From assembly GCA_002898015.1 (NCBI GenBank), contig BDTM01000128.1, positions 74,418-138,417 of the forward strand: a stretch of DNA of 64,000 bases. The letters are read 5' to 3'. The notes beneath the pieces were generated by a model. That model had not been told where the DNA came from. It searched no databases and was given only the letters and a program-made list of their open reading frames with translations. Position numbers and translations under genes: made by a program. Positions 50,606 to 60,648 of the stretch are shown piece by piece (the stretch's first letter is position 1; every line of letters starts with the position of its first letter). Source of the stretch: a bacterium BMS3Bbin03. GTDB taxonomy: Bacteria; Zhuqueibacterota; JdFR-76; BMS3Abin05.

Positions 50606-51904
50606 TTGAAGATAAAATTTATTTTAGCCGTTTTATTGATCGGTCTTGCGGGGTTTGCCGCAAAAGCGGCTGCACAAAAACCGCAGATTATTGATGGAAT
50701 CGCGGCCATTGTCGGCAATGAGATTGTGCTCCGTTCGGAAGTGAACCAATACACCGTCAACACCGCTCTGCAGATGGGAATCGATCTGCAGAAAAATCCT
50801 GAGAAACTGAAAAAATTAAGGAAACAGGTTCTGGAAAATCTGATTGTTCAAAAAATTCTTTTGCAGAAAGCCCGTGAAGACAGCATCGAGGTTGATGACA
50901 GCCAGGTTAATCAGGCGCTTGACAATCAAATCAAGCAGTGGATCCAGCAAATGGGTTCCAAAGAGAAGGTACAAAAGTATTTTGGCGGTTCGATCGACAA
51001 AATTAAAAGGCAGTTTCGCGAAGATGTAAAGAATCGAATGCTGGTCGACAAACTCCAGCAAGAGAAATTTCAGAAAATCCGGATTTCCAGATCAGAAGTT
51101 GAACAATTTTACAATACGATGAAAGACAGTCTGCCGAAAAGGGGCACATCGGTCAATTTGAGTCATCTCCTTTTAATGGTTAAACCGGGCAAAGATGCCA
51201 AAGAAGAAGCGTATAAAAAAATCAGTGAAATTGAGAAAGAGCTTAAGGCCGGTGCCGATTTCGCGGCATTAGCCAAAAAATACTCACAAGATCCCGGCTC
51301 TGCGGCAAAAGGAGGGGATTTGGGTTACGTCACAAGAGGTGATCTGGTAAAACCATTTGAGGAGGCCGCCTTTAAATTGAAACCGGGGCAAATGTCAGGC
51401 ATTGTGGAAACCAAGTATGGTTATCACATTATTAAAATGATTGATCGCAAGGGCGATAAAATTCGTGTGCGGCACATTCTGATTCGGGTCATCCCCACAC
51501 AACAGGATGAATTAAAAGTGGTTAAAGAGATTAAAGTCCTTTATCGACGCGCAAAAGCCGGTGCAAATTTTGCAGAATTGGCGAAAAAATACTCCGATGA
51601 TAAAACAACCCGGGACAAAGGCGGAGAATTGGGATGGTTTGAATTAAGCCAATTAAAGATAAAGGAATTTAGAAATATTGCCGACACTTTGAAAATCGGC
51701 GAAGTGAGTGAACCCTTTAAGACCCGGTTTGGGTACCACATTATGAAGCTGAATGACAAAAGAGAAGGCGGTAAATGGAATCTGCAGAAGGACTGGGAGC
51801 AGCTCGAACAAATGGCGCTTGCCAGAAAGCGAAATGCGGAATTTAAGAAATGGGTTCAGGGTTTGAAAAAAGATGTGTACATTAACATAAAAATGGCCGA
51901 GTAA
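50606..51904 (+). CDS. surA: Periplasmic chaperone SurA (N-terminal domain + two parvulin domains)
   Basis: Signal peptide. N-terminal domain GIAAIVGNEIVL.SEV. Two PpiC domains, each with HILI and G(G)DLG(W/Y) motifs. Confidence 0.8.
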   Translation: MKIKFILAVLLIGLAGFAAKAAAQKPQIIDGIAAIVGNEIVLRSEVNQYTVNTALQMGIDLQKNPEKLKKLRKQVLENLIVQKILLQKAREDSIEVDDSQVNQALDNQIKQWIQQMGSKEKVQKYFGGSIDKIKRQFREDVKNRMLVDKLQQEKFQKIRISRSEVEQFYNTMKDSLPKRGTSVNLSHLLLMVKPGKDAKEEAYKKISEIEKELKAGADFAALAKKYSQDPGSAAKGGDLGYVTRGDLVKPFEEAAFKLKPGQMSGIVETKYGYHIIKMIDRKGDKIRVRHILIRVIPTQQDELKVVKEIKVLYRRAKAGANFAELAKKYSDDKTTRDKGGELGWFELSQLKIKEFRNIADTLKIGEVSEPFKTRFGYHIMKLNDKREGGKWNLQKDWEQLEQMALARKRNAEFKKWVQGLKKDVYINIKMAE

Positions 51905-51906
51905 AG

Positions 51907-53421
51907 ATGAAAAAGATTTTGCGCTTTAGGACGATTTCTGTTCTTTTTTTCCTGCTGTTTTTTACGCTGAACGTTTTTGGGCAGGCACACATTCGCATCT
52001 TACACTGGAATGATTTTCACGCCCACAATATGCCGATGGATTGGAAGGAAAACGGAAAGATTTACAAAGCCGGCGGATCCGCCTATCTGGAAGCCTATCT
52101 GGAGAAATACGGCCAGGGAAAAAATTGGGTGGTCACAGTCGACGCGGGGGATGAATTCCAGGGCACGCCGATTTCGGTTCTCACAAAAGGTATGTCACAA
52201 ATTGAACTGTTGAATCTCATTCGGCCGGATGTGTTTACACTCGGAAACCACGAGTTTGATTACGGAGAAGGCGTCTTGTTGAAAGATCTGGCGCGGGCAA
52301 AATTTCCGGTGATTTCCGCCAATATTTTCAACAAAAAAACAGGAAAACTGTTTGTAAAACCGTATCTCATCAAAACGGTGGGAACCGTGAAAATCGGATT
52401 CATCGGGGTGATCACACCCGATTTGCTGGGTCTGACGCTTCCTGCCAATGTGAGAGGATTGAAAATTCTTAAGCCGGAACAGGTTGTCCGGAAATACAAG
52501 GCCATGCTCAGAGACTCTGTCAATATTTTTGTGGTCGTCAGTCACATGGGCGTCGATCGGGATATGGAATTGGCGTCGAACGTGCCCGGAATCGATGTCA
52601 TTATCGGCGGACACAGCCACACGGCGCTGCAGCAGCCCAAAATTATCAACGGAACCATCATATGCCAGGCCGGGTCTTACGGAAGGTTTCTGGGTAAATT
52701 GGACCTCTGGGTGGATACAAAGCAAAACGCCGTGGTTCGATATGACGAACGCCTGATTCCTGTGCTCCCGAGTGCGATTCAGCCGAATCCTGTTGTGGCA
52801 AAAAAGGTGAACGAGCTGGAGAAACAGGTTTCGGATGAATTAGATGTGGTCATTGGTGAATTAAAAACCGATTGGCTTCGAAGCGGAAGGTCGGAGAGTA
52901 ACCTCGGTGACTGGGAGGCCGATGTGATGAGACAGTACACCGGAACAGATGTGGCGTTTCAGAACAGCGGCGGCATGCGCAAAAATCTCTTCGCCGGCCC
53001 CATTCGAAAACGGGATTTATGGGAGATCAATCCCTTTTCAAACTACTTTGTCACCTTTTCGGTCACCGGAAAAGAGCTGCGCAAAATCCTTGAGAATAAC
53101 GTCAACGGAAAGGGTGAGTTTTTACAGGTCTCCGGACTCCGGTTTACCTACACGTCTCAAAAGCCTGCCGGGCAGCGGGTCCTGTCTGTTTCAGTCGACG
53201 GAAGACCTTTGGACGAGACGAAAACGTACTCGGTTTGCACGAACAACTTTCTGGCGGATCATTTTTATCGGGATTTTGGAATTCCCCGCAATAAACGTCC
53301 GATCACCACCTGGCCTGAACTGGACCGCAATGTGTTTATTCAGGCCGTCGAAAAACAAAAAGTAATCGATTCCAAAATCGACGGGCGCATCCTGGACGTT
53401 TCGGCTTCTCACAAAAAATAG
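51907..53421 (+). CDS. Bifunctional metallophosphatase / 5'-nucleotidase (UshA family), secreted
   Basis: Calcineurin-like metal motifs (ILHWNDFH, GDEFQG, GNHEFD, GGHSH) plus a C-terminal 5'-nucleotidase domain. Confidence 0.8.
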   Translation: MKKILRFRTISVLFFLLFFTLNVFGQAHIRILHWNDFHAHNMPMDWKENGKIYKAGGSAYLEAYLEKYGQGKNWVVTVDAGDEFQGTPISVLTKGMSQIELLNLIRPDVFTLGNHEFDYGEGVLLKDLARAKFPVISANIFNKKTGKLFVKPYLIKTVGTVKIGFIGVITPDLLGLTLPANVRGLKILKPEQVVRKYKAMLRDSVNIFVVVSHMGVDRDMELASNVPGIDVIIGGHSHTALQQPKIINGTIICQAGSYGRFLGKLDLWVDTKQNAVVRYDERLIPVLPSAIQPNPVVAKKVNELEKQVSDELDVVIGELKTDWLRSGRSESNLGDWEADVMRQYTGTDVAFQNSGGMRKNLFAGPIRKRDLWEINPFSNYFVTFSVTGKELRKILENNVNGKGEFLQVSGLRFTYTSQKPAGQRVLSVSVDGRPLDETKTYSVCTNNFLADHFYRDFGIPRNKRPITTWPELDRNVFIQAVEKQKVIDSKIDGRILDVSASHKK

Positions 53422-53430
53422 GACATCCCG

Positions 53431-56061
53431 ATGAAACCTCTCTCCGGAAGGCCGGTTTTTTTTCTGGTGCTGATCGCGGTAATTTCGATTTTCACTTTTC
53501 AAAAACAAATTATTTTCGCTCAACCTGCCCGCCCGGAAATTGTTTCTCCAAATGAATTTTTAAACGGAAAATTTGAAAAAAGATTTACGCCTGCCTCAGA
53601 AGTGGCGGCCTATTGTCAACGGCTTGCCGGCACGTCGGAACGGGTGATGCTCCGGACGTACGGAAGGACCCCGGAAGGCCGGATTTTATCCGTGCTGATC
53701 ATAAGTTCGCCGGAAAATTTAAAAAATCTTGAGCAAATTCGCGCGGACAATCTGCGGTTAACCCGGCCGCGGAAAGCGCGGTCCGTTTCGGAATTAGAGG
53801 CGATTTTCCAAAACAATCCGGTTATTGTCTGGTTAAGTTACAACGTGCACGGTTCGGAAGCCAGCGGTTCGGAGGTCGCGATGAAAGTCGCTTACACATT
53901 GGCCGGCGCGAGGGACCGGAAAACAGAGCTTCTGTTGAAACACGCCGTTGTGATCATTGACCCCATGCTGAACCCGGACGGCCGCGATCGCTACGTGAAT
54001 TGGTTTAATTCGGTTGTGGGTGATTCGGCGAATTCCAATCCTGAGAGTGTGGAACACCATCCCCCCTGGCCGGGCGGCCGGTTTAATCATTACTTGTTTG
54101 ATCTAAACCGGGATTGGGCCTGGGGGACGCAGCCCGAAACGCAGGCGCGGGTGCGTTTATTCCGCCGGTGGATGCCGGAAGTCCATGTGGATTTCCACGA
54201 GATGAACTACAATTCCACTTATTTTTTCTTTCCGTCTACCAGACCGAGAAATCCGGATATTCCGCCCAGTCTTTTCCGCTGGGCGGCCGTGTTCGGGCGT
54301 GAAAATGCAAGGGCATTTGACCGGCACGATTATCTTTACTACACAAAAGAAGGGTTCGATTTGTACTACCCGGGCTACGGTGATTCCTGGCCGAGTTTTA
54401 ACGGCGCCGTCGGAATGACCTACGAGCAGGCGGGCGGCGGCGGATCCGGTGTGCTGGTCCGGCAGACGGACGGCAGCCTGCTTTCACTGCGGGATCGAAT
54501 CGCCCGCCACACATTGAGTTCGTTCACCACAATTCAAACGGCGGTCAAATACAGGAAAAAGCTCCTTCGGGATTTTTACACCTTTTGGGAAAAAAGCCTG
54601 GCGCGTGCAAAACAATCCGGACTGAAAGCGGTCATCATTTCACCCACGCAGGATTTACAAAAGTTATCGGATTTTGTGGCCTTGTTGGAACGCCAGGGCA
54701 TTGAAGTCAAACGGGCACGGGCGGATTTTCGGCTTAAAAATGTGCATCCGTACGGCAGTCACCGGAAAGTGCGGCGAAAATTTCAAGCGGGCAGTTTGAT
54801 AATCGACATGCAGCAGCCCCATTACTATCTGGCAAAAGCGCTGCTGTCGCCTGAAATCCCCGCACCCGACACGCTCTATTTTTATGATATCGTCTCCTGG
54901 TCTCTGCCGTTCGCTTTTCAACTGCCGGCCGCCTGGACGGAAAATGAGCCTGAAGTTTCCGCCGGAAAAATCACGGCGGCGGAAATACTTCAGAACAAAG
55001 AAAAATTCCCGTTTGAAAAAGGGAAAGCTTATCTTATTCCCTGGGACAATCTGGCGAGTGTCAATGTCCTTTCCCGAATCTTTCAGAAAAATCTGAAAGT
55101 GCGGGTGGCCACGAAGCCATTCACCCTTCAGACGAATTTGGGTAAAAGAGCATTTAAGCGGGGCACATTGATTGTTTTGAGAGGGGACAATTCAGGGGAC
55201 AAATCGTTTTTTAAAAAGGTGAAAGACTGCCTTACCGGCACGCCCGCCCCGTTTTTTATCGCGCAGACCGCCCTGGCGGAAAAGGGGTTCGACCTGGGGT
55301 CGCCCCACAAGAAATTGCTCAAGAAACCGAAAATTGCCGTTGTTCGAGGTGCACCGGTGGTGCCGACGGCATTGGGTGCTGTCCGGTACTGGGTGGAACA
55401 GCGGGCCCATTTTCCGGTAACGGACATTTCCATCGGTCAGGTGAAATCCGGTCATCTGAAAGATTTCAATGTGTTAATCCTGCCGGATGATTACGGAAAA
55501 GGCTACAGCGCAAAAATCGACAGCGCCTCCGCCGGAAAATTGAAGGATTGGATTAAAAACGGCGGGACACTTATCGGTATCGACGGCGGCGCCGAATTTG
55601 CAAGCGGATCGCAGTGTAAACTGGCTTCGATCAAAATAAGGGTTGAAAAAAAGGAAAAGGACGAAACTCAAAAATCCTTCAGATTTCGTACTCTGGAGGA
55701 AAAGGAAAAATCCCAGTGGGAAAATCGTATTCCGGGCACCATTTTAAAGGTGACGCTGGACACCACACACCCGCTTGGATTCGGTTATTCCGGTTTGGCT
55801 TACGTTTTAAAAACAAATAAACTTTTTTTAGTCCCCTCTCAAAGCGGAAACAATGTCGGCGTTTATTTGCCCGGGGCGAAAGTGAGCGGATTCTTATCCA
55901 AAAAAAATGAAACCCGATTGATGAAATCGGTGTTTCTATATGAAGAGCGGGTGGGTAAAGGGCATATCATTTTGTTTGCGAGTGATCCGCTTTTCCGGGG
56001 TTTTTGGGAGGGTCCGGTGAAGCTGTTTTTTAATGCCGTCTTTATTGAGCCGGGGATGTAA
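53431..56061 (+). CDS. Secreted M14 zinc carboxypeptidase with a C-terminal class-I-glutamine-amidotransferase-like (ThuA/DJ-1-like) domain
   Basis: M14 HxxE zinc motif NVHGSEASGSE. C-terminal region FNVLILPDDYG...LKDWIKNGGTLIGIDGGAEFA. Confidence 0.65.
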   Translation: MKPLSGRPVFFLVLIAVISIFTFQKQIIFAQPARPEIVSPNEFLNGKFEKRFTPASEVAAYCQRLAGTSERVMLRTYGRTPEGRILSVLIISSPENLKNLEQIRADNLRLTRPRKARSVSELEAIFQNNPVIVWLSYNVHGSEASGSEVAMKVAYTLAGARDRKTELLLKHAVVIIDPMLNPDGRDRYVNWFNSVVGDSANSNPESVEHHPPWPGGRFNHYLFDLNRDWAWGTQPETQARVRLFRRWMPEVHVDFHEMNYNSTYFFFPSTRPRNPDIPPSLFRWAAVFGRENARAFDRHDYLYYTKEGFDLYYPGYGDSWPSFNGAVGMTYEQAGGGGSGVLVRQTDGSLLSLRDRIARHTLSSFTTIQTAVKYRKKLLRDFYTFWEKSLARAKQSGLKAVIISPTQDLQKLSDFVALLERQGIEVKRARADFRLKNVHPYGSHRKVRRKFQAGSLIIDMQQPHYYLAKALLSPEIPAPDTLYFYDIVSWSLPFAFQLPAAWTENEPEVSAGKITAAEILQNKEKFPFEKGKAYLIPWDNLASVNVLSRIFQKNLKVRVATKPFTLQTNLGKRAFKRGTLIVLRGDNSGDKSFFKKVKDCLTGTPAPFFIAQTALAEKGFDLGSPHKKLLKKPKIAVVRGAPVVPTALGAVRYWVEQRAHFPVTDISIGQVKSGHLKDFNVLILPDDYGKGYSAKIDSASAGKLKDWIKNGGTLIGIDGGAEFASGSQCKLASIKIRVEKKEKDETQKSFRFRTLEEKEKSQWENRIPGTILKVTLDTTHPLGFGYSGLAYVLKTNKLFLVPSQSGNNVGVYLPGAKVSGFLSKKNETRLMKSVFLYEERVGKGHIILFASDPLFRGFWEGPVKLFFNAVFIEPGM

Positions 56062-56062
56062 A

Positions 56063-56566
56063 ATGCTTTCGGTTTTAGGAATGATCCTTTTCTGGCTGGT
56101 TCTGCTTGCGGGGATCGCTGTCATTCCTTTTGGTATTGCCGGCACATTCATCATTGTGGGGGACACTTTGGTGTACGGCTTACTTACACAGTTTAGTAAA
56201 TTTACAATCGGATTTGTCGGCATCCTGTTGGTCATTTCGGTCCTCGTTGAAGGAGCTGAGTTTGTTTTAGGGGCGTGGGCGGCTAAAAAATACGGTTCCT
56301 CCTCCTGGGGAATGTGGGGGGCTATTTTGGGCGGATTTTTCGGAGCCATCTGGTTTACGCCGGTCGCGCCGCCTTTCAGCACACTTCTGGGCGCTTTTAT
56401 CGGGGCGTTTCTGGGTGCCTTTTTGCTGGAAGTGCTGCACGAACGAAACGTTCAAAAAGCTTTGAAAGTGGGGTGGGGCGCCTTTTTAGGCGCCGTCAGC
56501 GGAAAGATTTTGAAAATTGTCGCGGCCGTCGGGATGATTGTGGCGATCGGGATTCAGGTGTTTTAG
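56063..56566 (+). CDS. DUF456-like small membrane protein
   Basis: Start at ATG 56063 (MLSVLGMILFWLVLLAG...). Four hydrophobic helices with Gly-rich GxxxG packing motifs. Confidence 0.55.
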   Translation: MLSVLGMILFWLVLLAGIAVIPFGIAGTFIIVGDTLVYGLLTQFSKFTIGFVGILLVISVLVEGAEFVLGAWAAKKYGSSSWGMWGAILGGFFGAIWFTPVAPPFSTLLGAFIGAFLGAFLLEVLHERNVQKALKVGWGAFLGAVSGKILKIVAAVGMIVAIGIQVF

Positions 56567-56573
56567 GGTGAAA

Positions 56574-57254
56574 ATGTTAAAAGATTTGAAAATAAAAATT
56601 CTTATTATGTTTGTAATTGCTTTAGGAACAGTTACTTGTGTTTCAGCCGCAGAGCCTGCAAAAGCGTTTACGATCGCTCGCGTCTGGTACCAGGGCGGCG
56701 GTGACTGGTACAACGACCCATCCGTTATTCCGAATCTTTTGAAATATATTGCCGGTGCAACCGGCATGAGAGTGGCGACCACCGAAGCCCGGATCAAGCT
56801 CACGGACGAGAGGCTTTTTTCGTATCCCATTTTGTACTTGACCGGACACGGGAATATTGTGTTCTCTGAAACGGAGGTTCGTAATCTCCGAAAATATTTA
56901 ATACACGGCGGATTTCTGTACGCCGACGATGATTATGGAATGGACAAATATTTTCGGCGGGAAATTAAAAAGGTTTTTCCGGGAAAAAAATTGGTCGAAC
57001 TGCCGCGCTCACACAGCATTTACCACATTCGTTTCAATTTTCCGAAGGGGCTGCCCAAAACACACGAACATTATCCCGGGCCTCCCCGCGGCTACGGAAT
57101 TTTTTACAACGGACGAATGGTGGTTTATTACACATACAACACCAACATTTCCGACGGCTGGGCCGACCCGCACGTGCACAACGATCCTGAACCGGTACGC
57201 ATTCAGGCGTTGAAAATGGGTGTCAATATTGTTATCTGGGCATTGTTCAATTAA
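56574..57254 (+). CDS. Secreted DUF4159-like protein (GATase1/ThuA-like fold, no catalytic Cys)
   Basis: Start at ATG 56574 (MLKDLKIKILIMFVIALGTVTCVSA, a signal peptide). ILYLTGHGNIVFSE...LIHGGFLYADDDYG motif. Confidence 0.5.
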   Translation: MLKDLKIKILIMFVIALGTVTCVSAAEPAKAFTIARVWYQGGGDWYNDPSVIPNLLKYIAGATGMRVATTEARIKLTDERLFSYPILYLTGHGNIVFSETEVRNLRKYLIHGGFLYADDDYGMDKYFRREIKKVFPGKKLVELPRSHSIYHIRFNFPKGLPKTHEHYPGPPRGYGIFYNGRMVVYYTYNTNISDGWADPHVHNDPEPVRIQALKMGVNIVIWALFN

Positions 57255-57256
57255 AC

Positions 57257-60200
57257 ATGAACCAACAAAAATCACAAACCTATTATACCAGGATTTTACA
57301 AAAGCTTCACCTGTACAGACGGAAAAAGCGCACCACGCTTTTTTTAACGGGTTTGTTTCGCTTTTGGGCTTACGAAGGTGCGTTTATTCTTTTTTTGCTG
57401 GTGCTGGAGGCGCTTTTTCAATTTCCCCCGGCTGTCCGGCAGGCGCTTTTGGGAGTGTTCGTTCTGGGAACACTCCTTTGTCTGGCCGGGACGTTTTTTG
57501 CGGCCGGAAGATTTCCCTGGAGCAAGTCTCTATTTTCGGATGACCGGCTGGCCGGTGAAGCAGGAGAAGCCTTTCCGGATATCAGAGATCAATTGGTAGA
57601 TGCCCTTCAAATTATTCGAAATCTTTCGCAAAACAAAGAAAACTACTCGCCTGACCTGGCCGAAGCTTCCCTGAAAAGCGTTTACGAGAGAATTAAAAGT
57701 AAAGATTTTCAGTCGCTTGTCTCCAAAAGACCGCTGTTTCAATCCGTTCGAAATTTCTCGATTGTGGTGGTTTTCTTTACCTTTTCGGCACTCCTTTTTA
57801 ATCGGCCGCTTATGCAGAGTGTGGTTCATTTTTCACACCCGGGACAATCGTTTAAAGAGAAAGCCATTGAAGCGATTCGGGTTACACCGGGCGATTGGCA
57901 ATGCCTTACGGGAGACACATTACTTGTGGCTGTTCGGATTCAGGGAAAATTTAACCGGCCGATCGAGATTTTCTGGAAAGAACAATCGAAAAAGAGGGTT
58001 CAATCGAAAATACTCCGCCCGGATTCTTCACAATCCTACCATTTTCAATTGGCGCATTTGAAAGAAAACCTGGTGTACTCTGTGAAAGCCGGTAAAGAGA
58101 AAACCCGGGATTTTACGGTTACAGTTGAAAAGCGCCCCATGGTGAGGAGTCTGCGGGTCGAGCTGATTTTTCCGGCTTACACGGGCTTACCCTCTCGAAT
58201 ACTGGAAGAAAACCAGGGGGAAATTACGGCCCTCAGGGGCACGCGGGTGCGTTTAAAAATCAGGGCGAACAAAGGACTTTCAAAAGCAAAAGTTGTTTTT
58301 AAACATCAAAGACCGCTGAAATTACGGATACGGAACCGCGAGGCCGGCGGCGCGTTTCGGGTGATGCGGGACGATTCCTATTTTGTCCGGTTGGAGGACA
58401 CACAGGGACACGGAAACGCAGAGCCGATTCATTACAAGATTGCGATGGTGACCGACCAGCCGCCGGTGGTGGAAATTACACAGCCTGGCCAGGATGTGGA
58501 TTTGAGTGAAGAGATGATTTTACCTCTGCAGGTGCAGGCTGAAGATGATTTTGGCTTCTCGAGCGCCGAGCTCCGCTACAGGGTGCATCACGCGGTGGTT
58601 GTGACAAAACCGGACACCAATTTTCACGGGTTTCCGTTGATTCTGCCGGAGGCGGGCGGCACGAAAATTCAATTCGACTTCACCTGGAGACTGGGCAATT
58701 TGCAGATGCTTCCTGGGGATTATGTGGAATATTTTGTAAAAATTCTGGACAATGACGCGGTTGCGGGGTTTAAACCGGCTGTTTCCAGGACATTTCTGGC
58801 GCGCTTTCCATCCATGGCTGAAATCTACCGGGAAACAACCTCTGCGCAGGACGAGTCGATACAGGAGCTGGAAGAATTGGTTCGTGAGAGCGGCGACCTC
58901 AAAAAAGAAGTGGATAAAATCACGGATGAGATGAAACGAAATCCGGAAATGAACTGGACGAAGAAGCAGGAATTAAAAGAATTGGCTGAAAAGCAGCAGC
59001 GCCTGGCGCAAAAAGCCGAAAAGTTAAAAAACAAGCTGAATGAAGCGATGGACCGCCTGCAGCAAAATAATATGCTCAGCGAAGAGACGATTCAGAAATA
59101 TGCAGAGGTTCAAAAATTGTTTGACGAGGCGCTCACACCCGAGATGAAGAAAATGCTGCGGGATCTGCAAAAAGCCCTGGAAAAAATGGACTCCAAAAAA
59201 CTGGACCGGGCGGGAAATAAATTTAAAATGAATGAAGATAATTTTCAGAAATCTCTTGAACGAACACTGAATTTACTCAAGCGCCTGCGAATCGAGCAAA
59301 AATTAGATCAGGCCAAAAAGATGGCTGAAAATTTAAGAGCCCGGCAAAAGGCGGTGAACAAATCGCTTGAAAAGGCCTCTCGCCGGGAAAAAGAAGACCT
59401 TCAAAAATTGGAAAAGAAAATAGAAGAAGATACACAGCAACTCAAAGAAGCGCTGAAAAAGCTGCAGCAGGAAATGAGGGAATTTCCGGATATGCAGGCC
59501 GCCAAACTGAAACCTTCCGTCGACAAGGCGCAGGAATCGGCCGAAAATATGCAGAAAATGGGGCAGGAACTTCAGGCGGACAATCAGCAGGGCGCCCGGC
59601 AGGCGGGGAGCAAAAGTGAACAGAATTTGCAGCAGTTAAGCCAGATGCTGGGCAAGATGAAGCAGGGGATTGTGAACAAACAGAAAAAAGAAGTCATGAA
59701 GCAGATGGCCCGATCCTCGTCTGAGCTGCTTCGTCTTTCGGAGGAACAGGAAGCTCTGCAGCGCCGGACCCGGAAATTATCGTCCATGAGCCCCAAATTT
59801 AATCAGATGGCCGAGAAACAATTGAGCCTGTTAAATCGTTTAAATCAAATTACGAAAGAGCTTTACCGGCTTTCGCAAAAGACCTTTTTTGTGACGCCGG
59901 AAATTGGAAAAGCCGTCGGCAAAGGGATGGGAAATATGCGGCAATCGCTGTCGCAGATGGAAGAGCGCAACGGCCGCGGCGCATCGGCGCACCAGAAATC
60001 GGCGATGGGCGCCTTAAATGAAGCCGTACTGCACATTCAGCAATCCATGAAAAGCCTTTCATCGGCATCATCCTCGGTCGGAATGGAAGAGTACCTGAAG
60101 CAGTTGCAGAAAATGGCGGGCCGGCAGCAGGGGCTTAATCAGCAGACCTTGCAATTGAGTCTGAAAATGGCGCAGCAGGGACGGCTGACCGAAAGTCAGC

Positions 60201-60643
60201 AGGGCCGTTTGAGACGGCTGGCGGCGCAGCAGCGCCAATTGGCGAAAGCCATGAATGAATTGCAAAAGCAGTACGGCGGCCATTCGAATGTGCTGGGAAA
60301 CATGCAGGAGATGGCGCGGCAAATGGACGAGGTGGCGAAACGAATGGCGTTAAGCCAATTGGATCGTGAGACGATTCAGCGGCAGAAAAAGATTTTGTCC
60401 CGGCTTCTGGATGCACAGCGTTCGGTGCGTCAGAGAGATTTCAGCAAACGGAGAAAATCCGAAGCGGGGAAAAACTTTGTCGCCAGGAATCCGGGGGCTC
60501 TGCCGGTGGAAATTTTGCAAAAACGGGATCGATTACGGGAAGACATTCTGCGGGCCAAAAAAGCCGGCTATTCGGAGGACTTCCTGAATTTGATTCAGTC
60601 CTACTACGAGGCACTTTATGAAGTTAAGCGTGAGAAAAAGTAA
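57257..60643 (+). CDS. Large membrane-anchored protein (1128 aa) with a beta-rich domain followed by a roughly 600-aa Gln/Lys-rich coiled coil (DUF4175/BatA_N-like architecture)
   Basis: Two N-terminal TM helices (BatA_N-like), a middle beta-rich region and a long low-complexity coiled coil (KLKNKLNEAMDRLQQNN..., QQGRLRRLAAQQRQLAKAMNELQKQ). It starts 3 nt after the DUF4159-like gene. Confidence 0.55.
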   Translation: MNQQKSQTYYTRILQKLHLYRRKKRTTLFLTGLFRFWAYEGAFILFLLVLEALFQFPPAVRQALLGVFVLGTLLCLAGTFFAAGRFPWSKSLFSDDRLAGEAGEAFPDIRDQLVDALQIIRNLSQNKENYSPDLAEASLKSVYERIKSKDFQSLVSKRPLFQSVRNFSIVVVFFTFSALLFNRPLMQSVVHFSHPGQSFKEKAIEAIRVTPGDWQCLTGDTLLVAVRIQGKFNRPIEIFWKEQSKKRVQSKILRPDSSQSYHFQLAHLKENLVYSVKAGKEKTRDFTVTVEKRPMVRSLRVELIFPAYTGLPSRILEENQGEITALRGTRVRLKIRANKGLSKAKVVFKHQRPLKLRIRNREAGGAFRVMRDDSYFVRLEDTQGHGNAEPIHYKIAMVTDQPPVVEITQPGQDVDLSEEMILPLQVQAEDDFGFSSAELRYRVHHAVVVTKPDTNFHGFPLILPEAGGTKIQFDFTWRLGNLQMLPGDYVEYFVKILDNDAVAGFKPAVSRTFLARFPSMAEIYRETTSAQDESIQELEELVRESGDLKKEVDKITDEMKRNPEMNWTKKQELKELAEKQQRLAQKAEKLKNKLNEAMDRLQQNNMLSEETIQKYAEVQKLFDEALTPEMKKMLRDLQKALEKMDSKKLDRAGNKFKMNEDNFQKSLERTLNLLKRLRIEQKLDQAKKMAENLRARQKAVNKSLEKASRREKEDLQKLEKKIEEDTQQLKEALKKLQQEMREFPDMQAAKLKPSVDKAQESAENMQKMGQELQADNQQGARQAGSKSEQNLQQLSQMLGKMKQGIVNKQKKEVMKQMARSSSELLRLSEEQEALQRRTRKLSSMSPKFNQMAEKQLSLLNRLNQITKELYRLSQKTFFVTPEIGKAVGKGMGNMRQSLSQMEERNGRGASAHQKSAMGALNEAVLHIQQSMKSLSSASSSVGMEEYLKQLQKMAGRQQGLNQQTLQLSLKMAQQGRLTESQQGRLRRLAAQQRQLAKAMNELQKQYGGHSNVLGNMQEMARQMDEVAKRMALSQLDRETIQRQKKILSRLLDAQRSVRQRDFSKRRKSEAGKNFVARNPGALPVEILQKRDRLREDILRAKKAGYSEDFLNLIQSYYEALYEVKREKK

Positions 60644-60648
60644 ACGGA

